Below, piece by piece: positions 17,670 to 24,024 of a stretch of 64,000 nucleotides of DNA; within the stretch, counting starts at the first letter, position 1; each line of letters begins with the position of its first letter. The stretch comes from a virus, in the IMG/VR virus record IMGVR_UViG_3300031578_000002, positions 60,290 through 124,289 of that record. One strand, written 5' to 3'. Position numbers and translations under genes: made by a program. The notes under the pieces are model-generated. The model saw only the letters and a program-made list of their open reading frames with translations. It was not told the origin of the DNA and ran no database searches.

Positions 17670-20276
17670 TTAGTTAACAAATGCAGTTGCACTCCAAAAA
17701 AGTCCGTTATATATAAATGTAATTGAACCATAATCGGTATTAATAAATGCACATCCATTAGATAAACCATTAATACAATTACCATTGCCATCAACAGTTA
17801 CTGGATACGTTAACGATCCACCTTGAATATCAGAAATTATTACCTTCTGTCCGGTTTGGACATTTGGCGATGGTAATAAATATATACATGCACAATCAAA
17901 TGCAGTATACCCAGTCACACCAATATATTCATCACTACATGTAAGATAAAAGGGATTTGAATCTGTAAATCTTACGCTAACATTATTTAGCCTTCTATCA
18001 ACATATTCTTTATCAACAATACTACGATTAGTATAGTATGCACTATTATCAGTAGAATATGTCATGCCTGAAACAGTAATAACACATATTTTACCACCAG
18101 AACCCGATAATGCTGAACTTCCAAATATAATATCTCCACCTTTCGTACATGTTGTTATGGTACTACTTGTTTTATTAAAGTTTAAATACGCACAACTTAA
18201 AGAATTTGTTGAGACAATACAAGTATTTGTATTAGTTAATGCTCCACCGAGACAAACTTGATGACCAGAGCAGCTAATACCATTTGTGCCACCAGTTACG
18301 TAAATCGTTTCAATGTTACCAATTCTAGTGTTGGTATTTCCGGTATATGTACTATATGTTGTTGTGTTTACTTTACTATTTAATGCCGTACTTAATGTAC
18401 CCGTATATGGATTAACATTAAAAGTATCTCCAGACCATGTAATTGAGTTACCTGCAAGCGATGATCCATCAACAGAAATTGTATTTAAACTAATATCAAT
18501 GCCCGTTCCTGAAAGATATGCATTAGGTAAATTAAATAATGTAAATGTAAGTGTATCACCGCTAACAATTGGATTTGGCGTTGTTACAGCCCATAGTGAA
18601 TTATACTGTGTTGCGCCACTTGTTACCGGAATTAAGTCACCGTTACTAATTTCGCCAGAAGGAATAAAATTATAGTCATCAGTACGACCCCAAGTACCAG
18701 TACTTGCACTATATATACCATTATAAACAGAATTAGTTTGATTCTTAACCAGAACTCTCATTCCCGCAGTTGTTTGAATACTATCAACAATCGTTAAACC
18801 GCTTAACGTAGTATTACCAGTTGTTGCAACAGCAACCGAATCACGTAATTTCAGCCCAACAGCAATACTATCTACATAATATTTTGTTGGTATCCAACAT
18901 GTATTGGTTGAATAATAATTTCCACCATAAAATAACCCCTCACTTAATGTTGTAGATAAATTAACAGTACCGCCTGTTGTTGATAACATAACACCCGTAC
19001 TATTTGCGCAAACAACGTTATTATTATTCGCAATGCTTGCACTTGTACTTGTTAATTTAGCATAACTATTACTAAATTGTGTTTGAGTACAATTAGTAGT
19101 ATAATAAATACGACTATTATTAAAGCTATCACAGGCGTTAAAATTATTAATATTTGCTAATGTAAGTCCATATAAACCCACACCATTTATTGTTGTTCCA
19201 GAAGTTAAATTACCACCAAGTGCAATTGTTGCACCATCACTAAGTATACGCACACCATTTATTGCAGCAGTAATTGTCCCTGTTCCACCACCACTTGTAC
19301 TTGAAAATATTGTAATGGAATCAGAATTTTGCACAATTGTTGTACCCCCACTACCGACAAGCGTTCTAAATTGTAATGTACTACCACTTTTTTGAGAGTA
19401 TACCTGATAACCACCACCAACATTTTGTCCATTTACAACAGCAGTTGTACCAGATAAGTAAATAAATGCTTCATCATATGATATATTAATATAATCTGGT
19501 GTTTTTGATTTAATCGTTCTATCATATATTAAATTGTTCAATGTTTTTGCATAAACTGGTCCACCAATTGCTAATGTCGATCCTGTTGATAAGCTTCCAT
19601 TAACTGAACTAACAGTTAATTTACCTTTTGACAATGGTGCAGACCATGAAGTATTCATGAATACCTCAGATGAATTAGTATAATATGTACAACCAATTTC
19701 AAATTGTCCTATTTGACTTTGAATGCAACCATCAATTAATATCCACCCAAGTAAATTTGAACTACCCACATATTCATTCCAAATAAACGATTTTGCTGGT
19801 GTTTCATTTTTCACATAACCTCTTTTTGCAATGCCATCGGTTGATGTACCTACATGAACTTTTCCATCAGTACCCCTATAGTAATTATTATAAATTGAAC
19901 AATAATTACCTTGATAATCTAAATAATTAGCACCTAAAGTACTAAAGGGTATGACACATAATTGTTGAACACCACTAACACCACTAAAAGCACCAATATT
20001 TGTACCGCCAGTTACATAATTGCCTTGTGGAATCAATGTATCATATTTTTTCTCAACTAAACACGTATCCAATACACCCGTCTTATACCAATGTTCTTTA
20101 CCGCCAATATTAACCGTTAATCCAGTATATCTTTCACTTGAGATGATTGTCGTATTAACCTCAGTACATGCAGAATATGGTAAATGACTACCGCAATAAA
20201 CTCTATTACTTAAATAACGTTTGTCAATTGGATTAGGTGCTGCAATTTTTATATTTTCATTATATTGTATTGTCAT
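17670..20276 (-). CDS. Tail fibre-like structural protein
   Basis: Fibre motifs (TKYYVD, RVLVKNQT...NGIY...W.R, KEYVD) and one unit related to the 49-aa repeat (NVGGGYQVYSQKSG..LQFRTL). Confidence 0.7.
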   Translation of the reverse strand: MTIQYNENIKIAAPNPIDKRYLSNRVYCGSHLPYSACTEVNTTIISSERYTGLTVNIGGKEHWYKTGVLDTCLVEKKYDTLIPQGNYVTGGTNIGAFSGVSGVQQLCVIPFSTLGANYLDYQGNYCSIYNNYYRGTDGKVHVGTSTDGIAKRGYVKNETPAKSFIWNEYVGSSNLLGWILIDGCIQSQIGQFEIGCTYYTNSSEVFMNTSWSAPLSKGKLTVSSVNGSLSTGSTLAIGGPVYAKTLNNLIYDRTIKSKTPDYINISYDEAFIYLSGTTAVVNGQNVGGGYQVYSQKSGSTLQFRTLVGSGGTTIVQNSDSITIFSSTSGGGTGTITAAINGVRILSDGATIALGGNLTSGTTINGVGLYGLTLANINNFNACDSFNNSRIYYTTNCTQTQFSNSYAKLTSTSASIANNNNVVCANSTGVMLSTTGGTVNLSTTLSEGLFYGGNYYSTNTCWIPTKYYVDSIAVGLKLRDSVAVATTGNTTLSGLTIVDSIQTTAGMRVLVKNQTNSVYNGIYSASTGTWGRTDDYNFIPSGEISNGDLIPVTSGATQYNSLWAVTTPNPIVSGDTLTFTLFNLPNAYLSGTGIDISLNTISVDGSSLAGNSITWSGDTFNVNPYTGTLSTALNSKVNTTTYSTYTGNTNTRIGNIETIYVTGGTNGISCSGHQVCLGGALTNTNTCIVSTNSLSCAYLNFNKTSSTITTCTKGGDIIFGSSALSGSGGKICVITVSGMTYSTDNSAYYTNRSIVDKEYVDRRLNNVSVRFTDSNPFYLTCSDEYIGVTGYTAFDCACIYLLPSPNVQTGQKVIISDIQGGSLTYPVTVDGNGNCINGLSNGCAFINTDYGSITFIYNGLFWSATAFVN

Positions 20277-20278
20277 AA

Positions 20279-21391
20279 TTAACTATTTTTAAACGTCATA
20301 CTATAATTTATACTTGTTGGGTAATTGCTAACATAAAAACAATAATTAACACTTGACCAACAACTACTTGGTGAATCAATTGCTGCCGTCGTTGCCGCAG
20401 AAAATAAGTCACCTGAAATTGTTCCAGTATTCGATGAAAAATTACCAGCAATCCATTTAGTTTTTGCAGTAGATGTTGCGGGAATTGCAAGCCAAATATA
20501 GTTTCCAGTTGTATTATAATTTGTAACAATTGTATCGCCAGTACTATGTCCAATACAAACATTACCAGCAGTACAAGCATTATTTATTAGTGCTTGACCG
20601 ATTGTTGGCGTGGTTCCAGTACTTCCCCAAAAATATGGATATACGCCTGTAATTGTAATTTGTTTTGAAGGTGATGTGGTTCCAGCAGCACAACATGTCA
20701 TTCCAATAATTGTTCCATCGCTTTTCTTCGGATAGTCACCTGTTAAATATGATACATTTCCATAAACAACATTATTTCCAATTTGAACTGCTCTTGATGC
20801 GAGAGCCACACTATTAGTTAAGCTAGATGATGATACATTACAAATAACACCACCAATATCGGTATAATTATATGTTGAAGGCAATCCTGTTCTCACCGAA
20901 GGTCCACCACAATAAGCGGGTACGACACTACCTTGACTATATGTTCCACATGCAGTAAATGCAATTTGACAACCCGCTTCAAATAATGTTCCTGATGGCG
21001 TTAATGATAACGTATTTGAATTTGCAACACATGTAGGCGCTAGTGTTGGTGCTAATATTAACTCAAGAACTCTTGATAAATCACAACCAGTAATTGATGT
21101 TAATGAGTTTAATCCACCAACAGTACATGTTGTTGGAGATGTACAATTATAAATTGTTGAGCTGCCTGATGCTGAAGATTGAGCTAATTCAATTTGATTT
21201 TTTGTTGAGGAATATGTTAATACATATCCATTAGTTTCACCTGTCACTATAATAGGTATGCTACCGCCATCACCAGTAAGTGATAATCCACTAACACTTG
21301 TAATTATGGTTTGTCCATCTAATGTCAATGTTGTTCCACTTAATTGTTGAAACTGAAGAGAATCTAAATTCGGACGTGCAAAAAATGTCAT
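20279..21391 (-). CDS. Virion structural protein (paralogue of 16654-17637)
   Basis: N-terminus RPNLDSLQFQQ resembles RPNLNCKQFDQ of the long fibre; C-terminus is shared with 16654-17637. Confidence 0.55.
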   Translation of the reverse strand: MTFFARPNLDSLQFQQLSGTTLTLDGQTIITSVSGLSLTGDGGSIPIIVTGETNGYVLTYSSTKNQIELAQSSASGSSTIYNCTSPTTCTVGGLNSLTSITGCDLSRVLELILAPTLAPTCVANSNTLSLTPSGTLFEAGCQIAFTACGTYSQGSVVPAYCGGPSVRTGLPSTYNYTDIGGVICNVSSSSLTNSVALASRAVQIGNNVVYGNVSYLTGDYPKKSDGTIIGMTCCAAGTTSPSKQITITGVYPYFWGSTGTTPTIGQALINNACTAGNVCIGHSTGDTIVTNYNTTGNYIWLAIPATSTAKTKWIAGNFSSNTGTISGDLFSAATTAAIDSPSSCWSSVNYCFYVSNYPTSINYSMTFKNS

Positions 21392-21491
21392 TTTATCATG
21401 TTTTTATATAATTATTAATTCTAAACTTTTGAAGTTTAGCTTTATCTATAATAAATACAAAAAATTCTAATTAAAAACGACATAACATAAA

Positions 21492-21521
21492 AAACCTCAT
21501 AAGAATTTTCTTATGAGGTTT
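21492..21521. terminator. Strong intrinsic terminator ending the non-coding RNA region
   Basis: AAACCTCATAAGA-ATTT-TCTTATGAGGTTT, a 13-bp perfect stem. Confidence 0.8.
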
Positions 21522-21551
21522 CTATTTAAAAAGTTATTATTAATTTAGTTC

Positions 21552-22060
21552 TTTTACTGCAATCACATTTTTTAAAAATCCTGTAATTGACTATTAATTT
21601 TCTATTTATCTTTGACCCAATTTCTTCCCTTATTATATAATTTCAACCATAAATACTATAAACATTTAAAAATAAAATTGAGCAAAGTTTGATATGTTCA
21701 ATGTCAAATCTTTGCCCAATCCATTTTGGAATTATATCTTCTTATATAAGAGAAGAAGTTCTTCCATAATTTCAGCTGTTCAATAACTTTTATCAGGAAT
21801 CTTGCTAACCATAACAATGTTATGCGCTTCACACACCATAAAAGAGCTGAGTATTTCTACTTATCCTAAGTGTGTACCTTTGAGTAACTACTCTTTTAGC
21901 CAAGTTATTTACTCTTTTTTCACAGCCAAAAATCTTTTTTGAAAAAGACTGTACTTCTACAGCCAAAACCATTCTTAATCATCAAATGTTAGACAGCACG
22001 CCTCATTTTTATGAAAAAACTGGTACTGACAGCTAAAAATAATAATGTGGGAATATTTTA
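21552..22060 (-). ncRNA. Putative structured non-coding RNA(s), unassigned family
   Basis: No ORF of 60 aa or more. Several hairpins pair better on the minus strand through G-U pairs (21678-21719 TTGGGCAAAG/CTTTGCTCAA; GCTGTA-GAAG-TACAGT; AGCTG/CAGTT). TTTT(G/A)GCTGT occurs three times. Confidence 0.5.
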
Positions 22061-22174
22061 AAAGTATTTTTTGTTTTTTATGCAAGTTCTACGGACTTGT
22101 GACTTAACCGCTTGTCTAATCATCCTCTAAGAGATAATTGTGGATTCGAACCACTGATTTACTGTAAACACTTT
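22061..22174 (-). tRNA. Circularly permuted tRNA-Tyr(GUA)-like gene
   Basis: Order on the minus strand: T arm GTGG-TTCGAAT-CCAC, acceptor 3' strand ATTATCT, linker CTTAGA, acceptor 5' strand GGATGAT, TA, D arm GAC-AAGCGGTTAA-GTC, anticodon arm CAAGT-CCGTAGA-ACTTG. The outer ends AAAGTGTT/AATACTTT pair. C33 is non-canonical. Confidence 0.6.
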
Positions 22175-22328
22175 ACGTTTTCCCTTTGTATTTTAAAGAA
22201 CTCTACCAAAAGACCAACCATTTGGTATATTATCGCTCTTTTTTATTTTTTTAACACATTTGAATTTGCCATATTATACTAAATTTTAATTTTAATATAA
22301 ATACCAAACAAATTCAAAAAAGCCCAAG

Positions 22329-22465
22329 TAGGGAGAACAGGACTCGAACCTGTAACTCATTGTTTTCAACACAATTGCTTTACCTTTTACTGAAAACACC
22401 ATTAGTTCTCCTTGTGTAAGGAGCATTGAGATAGTATTCTTTGTTTTTTATTTTGCTATCTCCCC
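22329..22465 (-). tRNA. tRNA-like gene (anticodon UGA, short variable loop) with a 60-70 nt insertion in the D arm
   Basis: GGGGAGA/TCTCCCT acceptor stem, TAGC...[insert]...GGTAAAGC, ATTGT-GTTGAAA-ACAAT anticodon arm, ACAGG-TTCGAGT-CCTGT T arm, A73, no encoded CCA. Confidence 0.65.
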
Positions 22466-22538
22466 ATATTAAATATGATAAAGAACTTTAGAAGAAATTT
22501 GTCAGTGTAGTTTTGTTTTTGAAAAACCATCAATTTAC

Positions 22539-23846
22539 TTGGGTAAGTGTAAAACCCATTCATCACGTAGTATGGGTGAGATGTAAGCGGCCACTATAAT
22601 AAAATGTAAATAAAATTTATACTTTCTTTAAACTTTTTGATTTTTCTTGGTATTTATATATGATGTTGAAAGCTTTTAAATATAGACTTAACCCGAATAA
22701 AGAACAAATTGTTCTTCTTAATAAGCATATTGGCGCAAGTAGGTTTCTATATAATTTAGCTTTGGAAACTAAACAAATTGCTTATGCCGGTAATAAACAT
22801 AACCTTTCTTGTTTTGAATTACATTCACAACTAAAAGAATTAAAAGAAGAATGTCCTTGGTTAAAAGAACTTAATTCACAATCTCTACAACAAGCTATAA
22901 CTAATCTAGATAAAGCATATACAACTTTTTTTAAAGGTCAAAATTCATTCCCAAAATTTAAAAAGAAATCTAATGGTGGTAGTTTTAATATACCACAAAG
23001 AGTTATAGTAGAAAATAATAAATTAATTATACCTAAATTTACAAAGAAAAATGGAATAGATATAATCTTACATAGACCAATTAAAGGTGAAATAAGACAA
23101 GCAACAATATCTAAAATACCTACCGGTAAATATTTTGTAAGTATTTTATGTGAAACTGGTGAACAAAATAAACCAAAACCTAAGATTAAAGAAGAAACAA
23201 CAATAGGAATTGATTTAGGGATTAAAGATTTTGTAATTACCTCTAATAGTGAAGTGTTTGACAATCCAAAATATTTAAGAAAGGCACAAGATAAATTAAA
23301 ATATATACAGAGTAAATATTCAAAAAATAAAGGAAAAAAAATAAAACAAAAATTAGCTAAGTTACATGAAAAAGTAACAAATAAAAGAAAAGATTATTTG
23401 CATAAAGTATCAACTAAATTAATTCGTGAGAACCAAACGATTTGTTTAGAAGATTTGAATGTATCAGGTATGATTAAAAATCATAAGTTAGCACAAAGCA
23501 TTAGTGATGTTGGTTGGTCTACATTTGTGACTATGTCAGAATACAAAGCTGAATGGTATGGAACAAATATACTTCGTATTGGTAGATTTGAACCTAGTAG
23601 TAAGACATGTTCATGTTGTGGTAACATTAACGAAGAACTAACATTAAAAGATCGTGAATGGACTTGTGTTAGGTGTAACACTAAACACGACAGAGATATA
23701 AATGCTGCTGTAAATATTAAAAATTTTAGTTTAAGAAATATCTTGTCAGGGACTGACAGGAAAAATCATGACGAACTGCCTACGTTAGTAGGAGTACTGA
23801 CTCATGAAGCCCAACCCATCAGCACTGCTGTGGGTGGGTAGTTCAC
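22539..23846 (+). mobile_element. IS200/IS605-family (IS1341-like) TnpB-only element 1
   Basis: Left-end hairpin ACCCA...TGGGT-GAGATGTAAGCG after TTTAC; right end GAAGCCCAACCCATC...GTGGGTGGGTAGTTCAC. Both ends align with element 2 (54743-56166). Confidence 0.85.
22660..23841 (+). CDS. tnpB: TnpB RNA-guided nuclease
   Basis: HTH KAFKYRL, GIDLGIKD, ICLEDLNV, CSCCG...CVRC zinc finger, HDRDINAA; the catalytic D-E-D triad is intact. Confidence 0.95.
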   Translation: MMLKAFKYRLNPNKEQIVLLNKHIGASRFLYNLALETKQIAYAGNKHNLSCFELHSQLKELKEECPWLKELNSQSLQQAITNLDKAYTTFFKGQNSFPKFKKKSNGGSFNIPQRVIVENNKLIIPKFTKKNGIDIILHRPIKGEIRQATISKIPTGKYFVSILCETGEQNKPKPKIKEETTIGIDLGIKDFVITSNSEVFDNPKYLRKAQDKLKYIQSKYSKNKGKKIKQKLAKLHEKVTNKRKDYLHKVSTKLIRENQTICLEDLNVSGMIKNHKLAQSISDVGWSTFVTMSEYKAEWYGTNILRIGRFEPSSKTCSCCGNINEELTLKDREWTCVRCNTKHDRDINAAVNIKNFSLRNILSGTDRKNHDELPTLVGVLTHEAQPISTAVGG

Positions 23847-23886
23847 TGAAATAACGAACAGTTTCCTTTTTATTTTTTCATTAATT

Positions 23887-23894
23887 TAAAGAAC
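23887..23894 (-). promoter_or_regulatory. boxA-like antitermination motif GTTCTTTA (further copies at 22479-22486 and 22194-22201)
   Basis: An identical octamer precedes each tRNA-like unit and resembles the rrn boxA (G(C/T)TCTTT). Confidence 0.5.
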
Positions 23895-23911
23895 GTTGTC
23901 CTAAGACGATA

Positions 23912-23942
23912 CAAACATAAAATTAATTATTTTAATTTGCAA
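23912..23942 (-). promoter_or_regulatory. Bacteroidota-type sigma70 promoter facing the tRNA-like/ncRNA array
   Basis: TTG, 20 nt, TATGTTTG on the minus strand; no minus-strand CDS follows it. Confidence 0.65.
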
Positions 23943-24024
23943 GCTTTTTATAAAAAAAATATAATTGTCTTGGGTATATAAATACGTAATGTTTTTACAA
24001 AATGTTATATTTTTAATAAAATAT

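Noticed and set aside
21900-22040. Possible CRISPR mini-array from the ACAGC(C/T)AAAA repeats
   Set aside because: The repeats are only 10 bp with irregular spacing (37 and 70 nt); the PD-(D/E)XK gene at 63451 is a common stand-alone phage nuclease.
22061-22174. Two-piece (permuted) tmRNA interpretation
   Set aside because: It has a full D arm and anticodon arm, lacks the G3-U70 alanine determinant, and no tag ORF or pseudoknots were recognised.
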